A DNA stretch of 32,000 nucleotides from Okeania sp. (GTDB lineage Bacteria > Cyanobacteriota > Cyanobacteriia > Cyanobacteriales > Microcoleaceae): assembly GCF_035285525.1 (NCBI RefSeq), contig NZ_JAYKGW010000235.1, positions 28,317 through 60,316 on the forward strand. Reading direction: 5' to 3'. Shown piece after piece: positions 18,198-26,456 of this stretch. Position numbers and translations under genes: made by a program. The first letter of the stretch is position 1. Every line of letters begins with the position of its first letter. A model generated the notes under the pieces. It ran no database searches. It had not been told where the DNA came from and worked only from the letters and a program-made list of their open reading frames with translations.

Positions 18198-19688
18198 ATG
18201 GTAACAGAAAAAATTCTCAAACAAGACACCCAAAAGACAATAGAAACAGAAACATTTCAGTGGACAAAACAATGGTATCCAGTAGCAGTTGTAGACCACA
18301 CTGACTCATCTCGACCATATCCATTTCAGCTACTGGGGAAAAATTTAGTTCTGTGGCAGAATAATAGTGGAAAATGGTCTTGCTTTGAAGATGTTTGTCC
18401 TCACCGACTCGTTCCTTTTTCCGAAGGTAGAGTAGAATCAGATGGAACTCTGATGTGTGCATACCACGCTTGGCGCTTTAACTCCGAGGGCAAGTATGTC
18501 AGCATTCCTCAGTCTAAAAATAAAGAAACCGAAGCCAAAAATTGTGCTGACAGTAAATCTTGTGCTATTGTCTATCCCACCCAGGAACGTCAAGGTTTAC
18601 TTTGGGTATGGGCAGAATCTGGAGAACAAGCTCAGGTAGAAAGTCAGTTACGGGAACCCAGGGTTATTCCTGAACTAGAAAACCCATCAGACAAAGTTGT
18701 GAAACTATATTGGAGTATGCGCGAACTTCCCTACGGTTGGGATTTATTTATGGAAAATGTTTCAGATCCAGCTCATGTTCCAGTTTCCCACCACGGAATA
18801 ATGGGTAGCAGATATGATGAGGATAAATATTATGACATGATTCCAGTGAGGAAATTTTCTACCCAGGAAGGTTTCTCTTTTGAAATCAGACCAATAAAAG
18901 TACCTGGTATGAAACAAGCTATCCATGATTTTCAACCACCTTGTCACATGAGAATTTTCACTGAACTTGAGGGTGGTGGAAAATCCATTTTGGCTTTGTA
19001 TGCTAGTCCTTCTCGGCCTGGTTGGTGTCGAACTATTGGATGTCAGGTGTTTGTAAAAGATGACCAAGGAAAACGAGCGAAAGGTTTAGGATTCTTTGGT
19101 TTGCCAATGCCTGAATGATTGAGTCATGTATTAGGTCCTATATTTTTACACCAAGATTTGGTCTTTCTTCATTATCAGGAGAAAATCCTAGCAAGGCAAC
19201 AGCAAGGAAAATATCTAGATATGATTTATACGCCTAATCCTCAAGATAAAATGGTGATTACATTCCGCAGATGGTTGGAGAAATCTGCTGGAGGTGGGAT
19301 ACCTTGGAGTCAAGAATGTAATCCCGAAATACCACTACCAGAATATGACAAACGTAAGCTTTTTGATGTTTGGGAAACTCACACGAAACATTGTCTGACT
19401 TGTCAGAATGCACTGAAAAATATTAATCGCTTCAAAATTTTGACCTACGTTTTGGCAGCGTTATGTTTGTGTTTGGGGATAATTATTGATGCACGGACGA
19501 TCGCTATTCAAGTAGCTACAGCAGCAGTAACTGAAACGGCAACTTCTGTTTCTGGTTTGGCATTGCCTCCACTAGGATTTTGGTTGGCGGTTGGAGGTGC
19601 AGCTTTATTTGCTTTCGGTGGATATAAGTTGCAACAGTTGACTAGATTGTTTTATGTTTATGAGTTTGAACACGCAGATAATGATTAA
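18198..19688 (+). pseudogene. Rieske [2Fe-2S] / pheophorbide-a-oxygenase (PaO/Tic55) family oxygenase interrupted by a single in-frame TGA (19116-19118)
   Basis: ORFs 18198..19118 and 19119..19688 are in the same frame and are separated only by TGA. Part 1 has the Rieske motifs CPHR...CAYHAWRF and a non-haem iron region (NVSDPAHVPVSHH). Part 2 has the PaO-domain segment LHYQE...ITFRRWL, the CxxC motif (HCLTCQ) and C-terminal TM helices. The sum of 496 codons is typical for the family. Confidence 0.8.
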
Positions 19689-19695
19689 GCTGTTT

Positions 19696-19721
19696 CAGTT
19701 ATCAGTTATCAGTTATCAGTA
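19696..19721. repeat. Heptamer short tandem repeat (cagttat x ~3.6), STRR-like
   Basis: cagttatcagttatcagttatcagta lies directly after the oxygenase stop codon. Confidence 0.85.
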
Positions 19722-19920
19722 TCTCTCTGAAGCATCTGGATGACAGCAATTTTCATTTGGGTAAATCACAGTCGGGACGTTACATGAGATGTCCCTAAAA
19801 CATTAATTGATTTTATTTTTAATTTTTAGAGATATCTATGTAGATAGTAAATCCCATTCACATTTAGGAGAAAAGAGATTAGGAGTTACCCATGAACGCT
19901 ATTCGTAGTGGATTGTTTGA

Positions 19921-20111
19921 TCTAAAATGGTGCATTAGGAAGACACCGTAGGGGCGGGTTTTACAGGTGAGTTAACGAGTTGATCTAGTTTACTAGATCA
20001 ACCCGCCCCCAGTGATATAAGCCACCATCTCAGGGGTGGGTTTATGTAAATTCTAGAAATCTATGAAAATTTCCTGAGAAACTCGCCCCTACCTATTGCA
20101 CCATTTTAGAT
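19921..20111. mobile_element. MITE-like element with perfect 14-bp TIRs and internal GC-rich hairpins
   Basis: tctaaaatggtgca (19921-19934) is the exact reverse complement of tgcaccattttaga (20098-20111). The interior has ggggcgggtt...aacccgccc and ggggtgggttt...ctcgcccct hairpins. The 21-mer tgcaccattttagatgaaacg (20098-20118) is identical to 2380-2400. Confidence 0.65.
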
Positions 20112-20375
20112 GAAACGGTCTAGTAGGGTGCGTTTTGCGTTCCGCAAAGCTCCGCTTTATATGTCGGCTCAAGCGCCGAAACGCTACGCGACATGTAAAG
20201 CCTATCTCGTAATGCACTGATAATCTATATCTAGTGCCTCCCGTGTAAGTCCTGAGAGATATTACCGTTAAAAGTCAACTAGGCAAAGGCAGTTTATTCA
20301 CGATTCATCTACCTTGTATTTCTGAGACATTTGATTGAATACTAATTACTGGCGATTTTTTTTGCATATTTCCTT

Positions 20376-20657
20376 TTATCTCTTATATTGTCGGTTAATT
20401 TGGAACCACATAATAATTCCTGTCACTGCTAGCATTAACATTCCAAAGGCATTTAAAAATGGGTAAATCATCTCTAAATTAATTCTCCCAAACTTACCTC
20501 TATGCCATTCTAATAGCCAAATAAAATCATTGGCTTTACCAGTAATAACTGATATCTGAAAAAGAGAACCTGTAACTAAACTAAGTAGTACAGGAAATAA
20601 CATTACTGGAGCAAATAAATAGTGAAGTTGGCGTAGTCTGGCTTTATTAATTTTCAT
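20376..20657 (-). CDS. Small PepSY-associated-TM-like membrane protein
   Basis: 93-aa ORF with RLRQLHYLFAPVMLFPVLLSLVTG and a second TM helix (FGMLMLAVTGIIMWF), resembling PepSY-TM helix proteins. The family call is tentative. Confidence 0.5.
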   Translation of the reverse strand: MKINKARLRQLHYLFAPVMLFPVLLSLVTGSLFQISVITGKANDFIWLLEWHRGKFGRINLEMIYPFLNAFGMLMLAVTGIIMWFQINRQYKR

Positions 20658-20701
20658 AACTCAAAAACAAAAATTCAATTGAGGACAAAGATAATAAATA
20701 G

Positions 20702-20896
20702 GTAAGCATTCAGCGGTCAGCTATTACTTTTAGTTTGCGATCCAAGCTTTTTCATTTGAGAATGAAAAATTACTATAAAAGTCAGTTTCCAGGTCTATAT
20801 TCGTTTTAATATTCTCCTTAAGCTTGAGGTTTTTATTGCTGAATGCGAGCGGATTCCTTAGGAATAGCTGACAGCTAATAGCTGAATCCTTACATA
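20702..20896. mobile_element. MITE-like element with imperfect TIRs gtaagcattcagc..cagctatt
   Basis: gtaagcattcagcggtcagctatta (20702-26) pairs with aatagctgacagctaatagctgaatccttac (20866-96). Related half-sites lie at about 9375-9418 and 24711-24765. Confidence 0.5.
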
Positions 20897-20915
20897 AATA
20901 AATAAATAGCTTCTA

Positions 20916-21233
20916 TCAGTTTCTATATCTGAATATATACCGCTTAATTGAAAATAGTAAGAAAGGCATAATTAATAACAGTAAAAAAACAATTTCTCCA
21001 GGCTGTAGTAGAAAATTATTCGTTGGAGCTAAGTCAAGGAAATTGATAACTTTCTCTTCTACAACTGTTTCTACTTTAGTCTCCACCTTTGGGGAAGGTG
21101 TTTCTTGTATTTGATTTTTTTGTTTTTCATTAACCGAATTACTTTCTACTTGTTTTACTTCTGCTTTTGAATTATCATTTTTATTCGGTACATGAAATTC
21201 TGGTGTATGAGCAAGAAAAGATATAGTTGGCAT
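20916..21233 (-). CDS. Hypothetical C-terminally membrane-anchored protein
   Basis: 105-aa ORF. A low-complexity, charged N-terminal part is followed by one C-terminal TM helix (IVFLLLLIMPFLLF). There is no family match, so it may not be a real gene. Confidence 0.35.
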   Translation of the reverse strand: MPTISFLAHTPEFHVPNKNDNSKAEVKQVESNSVNEKQKNQIQETPSPKVETKVETVVEEKVINFLDLAPTNNFLLQPGEIVFLLLLIMPFLLFSIKRYIFRYRN

Positions 21234-21519
21234 TATTTGGTAATTCCTATTGGTTTCAGTCGGCTTGGATATAGTGATAATTATGTTTGGCTTTTTCAGG
21301 GAAAAAATTTATCTTTATTTCATAATTTTATTTGATATAAAAATCCTATTTTATGTGTGTATAAAAATCTTAACTAGGTAATAGGCAATTAACAATGGAC
21401 AAGAGCTTCAGAATTGATGTCTAGTTTTTGAATTATTATAACATAGGCACGGATTGTTATAATGGTAATTTACTGAAATAAAATTTTTAATAAAGGGTAT
21501 AATTCCCAAAATATTAATT

Positions 21520-22977
21520 ATGAAAAAAATTAATCGCCGAAATTTTTTAATCCTAAGTTATAGTAGTATCATTGCTACTTTAATGTCTCAATGTCGGATA
21601 GCCAATACTCAAGAAAATCAACAAAATTTTTCATCATATTCTCAAATTAATCAGAGCCAAGATGGAATTTTAGAACTTGATTTAACAACTAATTTGAATC
21701 GAATAAATCTGGGAAATAAACCAGCTTATCTACTAAATTATAACGGACAAATTCCCGGACCAAGACTAGAAGCAAAACCAGGAGATACTATTAAAATTAA
21801 TTTCACTAACAATCTCCCCCAACCCACAAATATTCATTACCACGGACTGCATATTCCCATTACCGGAAACGCCGATAACGTCTTTCTGAATATTCCATCA
21901 GGCGATCGCTTTACATATCAATTCCAAATTCCGGAAAATCATCCTGCTGGAATGTTCTGGTATCATCCACATCTACATGGTTTTGTAGCAGAACAATTAT
22001 TTGGTGGGTTGGCGGGATTATTTATTGTTCGGGGAGAGTTAGATGAAATTCCAGAAGTGAAAGCTGCTGACGAACAATTTTTAGTATTGCAAGATTTTGC
22101 CTTAGACAAAAAAGGAAATATGCTCCCATCCCAGGAACTCTCAATAATGACGGGAAGGGAAGGAAATTTGATTACTGCTAACGGTCAACTTACCCCTAAT
22201 TTTGCCATTTCTGCTCAAGGTTTATTACGACTACGAATCCTGAATGCTTCCACTTCCAGATTTTATCGGTTGTCTCTAGAAGAACATCCATTTTATCTCA
22301 TCGCTACTGACGGAGGTGCATTAGCTGAACCCTTAGAAATGTCAGAACTGTTACTGACTCCTGGAGAACGTGCAGATGTATTAGTCCGAGCTAACCGAGA
22401 ACCAGGAAAATATCGTTTGCTAAATTTGCCTTACGAACGAGTGGGTATGGGTATGATGGGAGGAGGGATGATGGGGAGAAATATTCCTGAAAATCAACCG
22501 CAAGTATTAGCAACAGTCAGTTATGACAAACAGGTTGCTGCTGTACCACTGCCAACAAAACTAATCCCAGTTCCATCATTGCCAGAACCTGAAAAAGTGC
22601 GTCGTTTTCAAATGAATCATGGCATGATACCCGGTCAAGGAATGGCGTTTTTGTTTAATGGTGAGTCATATCAACCAGAAAGAATTGATACTCAAGTTCA
22701 GCTCAATACTCTTGAAGACTGGGAATTAATAAATACAGGCATTATGGATCATCCCTTTCATGTTCATGGCAATGCTTTTCAAGTTTTGAGTCGGAATGGT
22801 AAACCAGAAACTTATCGCGCTTGGAAAGATGTGGTTTTGGTGAGAGCGGGGGAAACAGTTTTAATGCGGATGCCTTTTCGAGATTTTGCTGGAAAGACTG
22901 TTTATCATTGTCATATTCTTGACCACGAAGATTTGGGAATGATGGGAAATTTGGAGATTATAGGTAAACCGCTGTAG
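21520..22977 (+). CDS. Multicopper oxidase (CueO/CopA-like) with Tat signal peptide
   Basis: 485-aa ORF. It has the twin-arginine motif NRRNFL. The copper ligand motifs are HYHGLH, WYHPHLHG, HPFHVHG and HCHILDHEDLGMMG. It also has the Met-rich loop GMGMMGGGMMG. Confidence 0.92.
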   Translation: MKKINRRNFLILSYSSIIATLMSQCRIANTQENQQNFSSYSQINQSQDGILELDLTTNLNRINLGNKPAYLLNYNGQIPGPRLEAKPGDTIKINFTNNLPQPTNIHYHGLHIPITGNADNVFLNIPSGDRFTYQFQIPENHPAGMFWYHPHLHGFVAEQLFGGLAGLFIVRGELDEIPEVKAADEQFLVLQDFALDKKGNMLPSQELSIMTGREGNLITANGQLTPNFAISAQGLLRLRILNASTSRFYRLSLEEHPFYLIATDGGALAEPLEMSELLLTPGERADVLVRANREPGKYRLLNLPYERVGMGMMGGGMMGRNIPENQPQVLATVSYDKQVAAVPLPTKLIPVPSLPEPEKVRRFQMNHGMIPGQGMAFLFNGESYQPERIDTQVQLNTLEDWELINTGIMDHPFHVHGNAFQVLSRNGKPETYRAWKDVVLVRAGETVLMRMPFRDFAGKTVYHCHILDHEDLGMMGNLEIIGKPL

Positions 22978-23001
22978 GAACGTTGCATGCAACGTTCCTA
23001 C
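22974..23001. repeat. 28-nt perfect palindrome gtaggaacgttgcatgcaacgttcctac (member of the gtagggacgtt...aacgtccctac family), possible terminator hairpin
   Basis: It is a perfect inverted repeat that includes the multicopper oxidase stop codon TAG (22975-22977). Related hairpins lie at 12765-12802, about 7352-7382 and 26005-26088. No T-run follows it. Confidence 0.8.
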
Positions 23002-23119
23002 AAAACAAGGCCGAACAAAGCCATTTTTTTGCCTAAATTCAATATTGTTGGGTTGCGCTTTCGCTTAACCCAACCTACAATATAAATATTGATATCAAAG
23101 ATTATTTGAGGTAATCGTT

Positions 23120-23677
23120 ATGAAAAAGTTTTTTTCTAATAGGATGCAGTCTCTAATTATTGGTGTAGGGGTTGCTGGAGTTTTAGGAGCAGCATATTTT
23201 TCTTTCATCGTTTTGCCACAAAACTCCGCCGTTAGTACCGCAACCCAGAATGTTGCAAATTCTGGTTCACCTACAACAAATTTAGCACCAGAAGCACTGA
23301 ATATTACTGTTTACCGCACTCCTACTTGTGGATGCTGTAAGGGTTGGGTGGAACATATTCAGAAAAATGGTTTTCAAGTAACCGATATTGTCAAACCTGA
23401 GTCAGAAATTCAAACTATTCGCCAGAAATATAATTTGCCTTCAGATTTGACATCTTGCCACACCAGTGAAATTGGGGGTTATCTTGTCGAAGGTCATATT
23501 CCAGTGGCAGATGTGAAACGTTTAATTGCCCAGAAACCAGATGTTGCTGGAATTAGTGTTCCCGGAATGCCTATTGGTACTCCGGGTATGGAAATGGGCG
23601 ATCGCCAACAATCTTTTGATGTATTTGCCTTTGAAAAAGATGGTCAGACTAGAGTTTTTAATTCTTATAAATTCTAG
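23120..23677 (+). CDS. DUF411 (CopG-like) metal-binding protein
   Basis: 185-aa ORF with a signal/TM helix, then TCGCCKGW, SCHT, GYLVEGHIP and GISVPGMPIGTPGME. This is the characteristic DUF411 motif set found in copper-resistance loci. Confidence 0.85.
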   Translation: MKKFFSNRMQSLIIGVGVAGVLGAAYFSFIVLPQNSAVSTATQNVANSGSPTTNLAPEALNITVYRTPTCGCCKGWVEHIQKNGFQVTDIVKPESEIQTIRQKYNLPSDLTSCHTSEIGGYLVEGHIPVADVKRLIAQKPDVAGISVPGMPIGTPGMEMGDRQQSFDVFAFEKDGQTRVFNSYKF

Positions 23678-23985
23678 AATATTGACTTAATCAAGGAATA
23701 AAGGTATAGTGCTTTATAAAAAGACTTATGCACTAAATTAGGGATGACGCAAAGGCACTATATAATATAGCGCATAGGTGCGTTAGCGAAGCGTAACGCA
23801 CCCTACTAATAGCGTTCATGGCTTTAGTCCTATTTATATTATCGGCAATGTATTCTCCCTGTTCCCACCTTCTGTGTTCCCTGTTCCCTGCGCGTAGCGC
23901 TATAATAAACAGAAAATTCTGATGGTTCAATACTCTGGTATAGTAATACATATCTAACACAATTAGAAAATTTTTTTAATCAACA

Positions 23986-24633
23986 ATGATGAAATTATTT
24001 ACTGTTGGTCATTCCAATCATTCTATCGAATTTTTTTTAAGTCTTTTACAAAAACATCAAATTACAACTGTGGCAGATGTTCGTTCTTTTCCTTATAGTA
24101 AGTATTCACCTCATTTTAATCAAAAAAATATTCAGCAATCTCTACAGGAAATCAATATTTCATACATTTTTTTAGGCAAAGAATTAGGTGCTAGAACTAA
24201 TGATTTAAGTTGCTATGTTAATGGCAAAGCTTTATATGAATTAATTGCTCAGACAGAAGATTTTAAAAAAGGTTTAGAAAGAGTTTATCAAAGTTGGGAA
24301 AATCATAATAATATTGCTTTAATGTGTTCTGAACAAGACCCCATTACTTGTCATCGTGCTATTTTAGTGAGCCGAAATTTAAAAAATCAAGGTTTAGATA
24401 TTTATCATATTCTTAAAAGTGGTGAATTAGAAAATCACTCCGATTTAGAAAAAAGACTATTAGAGATTAATAATCTTGTAGAAAAGCCTCAGTCATTTTT
24501 ACAATTAAGTCTTTTTGATACTGAAAGCTTCAGTCAAAATGTTACGCAATCTACTCAAGATTCTGAATATACGAAACTTGAAAAAGCTTACAAAATTCAA
24601 GGGGATAAAATTGCTTATGTAAACAAAAAATAA
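23986..24633 (+). CDS. DUF488 domain-containing protein (with ~70-aa C-terminal extension)
   Basis: 215-aa ORF. LFTVGHSNHSIEFFLSLLQKHQITTVADVRSFPYS and CSEQDPITCHRAILV match the DUF488 (YeaO-like) pattern. Confidence 0.8.
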   Translation: MMKLFTVGHSNHSIEFFLSLLQKHQITTVADVRSFPYSKYSPHFNQKNIQQSLQEINISYIFLGKELGARTNDLSCYVNGKALYELIAQTEDFKKGLERVYQSWENHNNIALMCSEQDPITCHRAILVSRNLKNQGLDIYHILKSGELENHSDLEKRLLEINNLVEKPQSFLQLSLFDTESFSQNVTQSTQDSEYTKLEKAYKIQGDKIAYVNKK

Positions 24634-24790
24634 TGTAAGCAATCAGCCTTTAGCTCTTAATAAACCTTGACTAAGAATTAAGGTATGATTAATGATTATT
24701 TCATTCATTTTTATTGCTGTTTGCGTAGCATTCATCCGGAATAGTTGACAGCTAATGGGTTAATTTTTACTTAGTTAGGAATTAAATAAA

Positions 24791-25237
24791 ATGGAAAAAA
24801 CTATTGAACTTTTTACAATTGGATTTACGAAAAAAACGGCTCAAGACTTTTTTGAAAACCTCACAAAATCAAAAGTAAAATGCCTTATTGATGCAAGATT
24901 TAATAATGTTTCTCAACTTGCCGGATTTGCCAAAAGAAAAGATTTAGAATATTTTCTCAAAGTTATTTGCGATATTGAATATATTCATATTCTAGATTTA
25001 GCACCTACTAAAGAACTTTTAGATGATTATAAAAAAAAGAAAATTACTTGGGATACTTATGAACAAAATTTTAATAATCTGATGAAAGAAAGAGAAATTG
25101 AAAAAAAGGTTTCACCTCAACTTTTAGACCGAGGTTGTTTACTTTGTAGTGAAGCTAAACCACATTATTGTCATCGTCGTTTAGTCGCTGAATATCTTAA
25201 TCAACAATGGGGAAATATTAAAGTATGTCATCTCTAA
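24791..25237 (+). CDS. DUF488 domain-containing protein (short paralog)
   Basis: 148-aa ORF. LFTIGFTKKTAQDFFENLTKSKVKCLIDARFNN and CSEAKPHYCHRRLVAEYL show the same DUF488 motifs, but it is highly diverged from the upstream copy. Confidence 0.8.
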   Translation: MEKTIELFTIGFTKKTAQDFFENLTKSKVKCLIDARFNNVSQLAGFAKRKDLEYFLKVICDIEYIHILDLAPTKELLDDYKKKKITWDTYEQNFNNLMKEREIEKKVSPQLLDRGCLLCSEAKPHYCHRRLVAEYLNQQWGNIKVCHL

Positions 25238-25899
25238 AAAAAATAATTTGTTTGGCTAATTCCTACAAACAAAATGAGCGTTGTATAGCAGGAATTGATT
25301 TAGATACAGGAAAATGGATTCGTCCAATATGCGATCGCCAATTTCCTGAAGATGGAAGAGTACCTTTAAGAATTAGACTTGTGGAACATGGAGAACCAAA
25401 ACCTCTTGATATTCTGGAAATTCCTCTTGATAATAAAGGAAATGATTTTGGTTTTGAAAGTGAAAACTTTTCAGTATTAAAAGGTAAATGGAAATGTTTA
25501 GGTAAAGCTAAAGTTGAGGATATATTTCCATACTGTAATAATTCAGAATATATCCTACATAATAATCGTAAATATATTTATCCTTCTTATCTAAAAAGAG
25601 TTCCCTGGCATCTACGTCGAACAATTGAAATTGTTAAAGTTAAAAAGCATAATTTTTCTTTTGTTCAAGATAAAAGAGGGAAATTTCGAGGTAGTATTAA
25701 AAGTAATCATGGTTATTGGCTTTTAAATAATGCAAAAATTACCGATCCAGAGTTTATGAAAAACTTAGAAAATGGATATTCTCCAACTGCAAATAATCTT
25801 TTGGTTACTGTTAGTTTGAGTCTGCCTTATGCTCCTGAAGATTGGGAAGGTGAAGCTCCTTGTTGGAAGTTAATAGCAAATATTATTGAATTTGATTAG
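25225..25899 (+). CDS. Uncharacterised Cys-rich protein, translationally coupled to the second DUF488 gene
   Basis: 224-aa ORF whose ATG lies 13 nt inside the end of the preceding gene. It has the N-terminal motif CLANSYKQNERCIAGIDLDTGKWIRPIC and the C-terminal motif APCWKLIANIIEF. I cannot assign a characterised family. Confidence 0.6.
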   Translation: MSSLKKIICLANSYKQNERCIAGIDLDTGKWIRPICDRQFPEDGRVPLRIRLVEHGEPKPLDILEIPLDNKGNDFGFESENFSVLKGKWKCLGKAKVEDIFPYCNNSEYILHNNRKYIYPSYLKRVPWHLRRTIEIVKVKKHNFSFVQDKRGKFRGSIKSNHGYWLLNNAKITDPEFMKNLENGYSPTANNLLVTVSLSLPYAPEDWEGEAPCWKLIANIIEFD

Positions 25900-26120
25900 T
25901 TGAAAAATTAAGGAATGAAAATTATATCATTTCCGGATAATTAGCGAGCCAAAAAACTTGCTCCTTTTTATACCTTAAAACTTCTTCTTCTCTTCTAATT
26001 TTGTAGGGACGTTCCACTGGCAAAAATGCTTTTTCCTAAGGTTATGCTCTGCATTTCATGTCCGCTCTTAGGGGAAAACGTCCCTACAACCTAAAACAAC
26101 CTGCTTTTTAATGCTTACAT

Positions 26121-26456
26121 TTAATTGTTAGCATAACGAGTAAATTGTCGTTTAAAAGAAGAATGAAAACCAATGACAATATCAGTAGGAGGTACACCCA
26201 TCTCTTCTAACCTTTCAGCAACAGACTCTTCTGTACCATTATATTGAATCCAAATTTTACCATCAATAATATCAAGGTGCATTACAGCACCAAATATTCG
26301 TTTATCTCCTCGCCAACCGATATAAGCTAATTGATAATGGTCCCGTTCTGTATCAAATATTAGTTCATCTTTGACTGTATCATTAGTATTGGCTATTTCC
26401 GCATGGGAAGTCAAAATTTCCCGAACAAGTTGTCGATATTTTTCTAATTTATCCAT
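26121..26456 (-). CDS. xisI: XisI (fdxN element excision controlling factor-like) protein
   Basis: 111-aa ORF. MDKLEKYRQLVREILTSHAE...DHYQLAYIGW...MHLDIIDGKIWIQYNGTE...GVP..DIV is the typical XisI family pattern. Confidence 0.85.
   Translation of the reverse strand: MDKLEKYRQLVREILTSHAEIANTNDTVKDELIFDTERDHYQLAYIGWRGDKRIFGAVMHLDIIDGKIWIQYNGTEESVAERLEEMGVPPTDIVIGFHSSFKRQFTRYANN

Noticed and set aside
18217-19067. ORFs 18217..18462 (-), 18457..18639 (+) and 18762..19067 (-)
   Set aside because: All overlap the Rieske/PaO oxygenase reading frame, which has clear cofactor motifs. None has recognisable features.
19116-19118. TGA in the Rieske oxygenase as a selenocysteine or Trp recoding site
   Set aside because: I see no convincing SECIS-like stem-loop directly downstream, only a short ccaa-gat-ttgg palindrome. 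No sel genes are in the window, and cyanobacteria use the standard code 11. A nonsense mutation, a sequencing error or trivial readthrough is more parsimonious.
23733-23960. 75-aa ORF (-) between the DUF411 and DUF488 genes
   Set aside because: It lies in a stretch made of dispersed repeats: the ctgttccctgttccct motif and the ggtgcgtta...taacgcacc hairpin. The translation is low complexity, so it is treated as intergenic repeat DNA.
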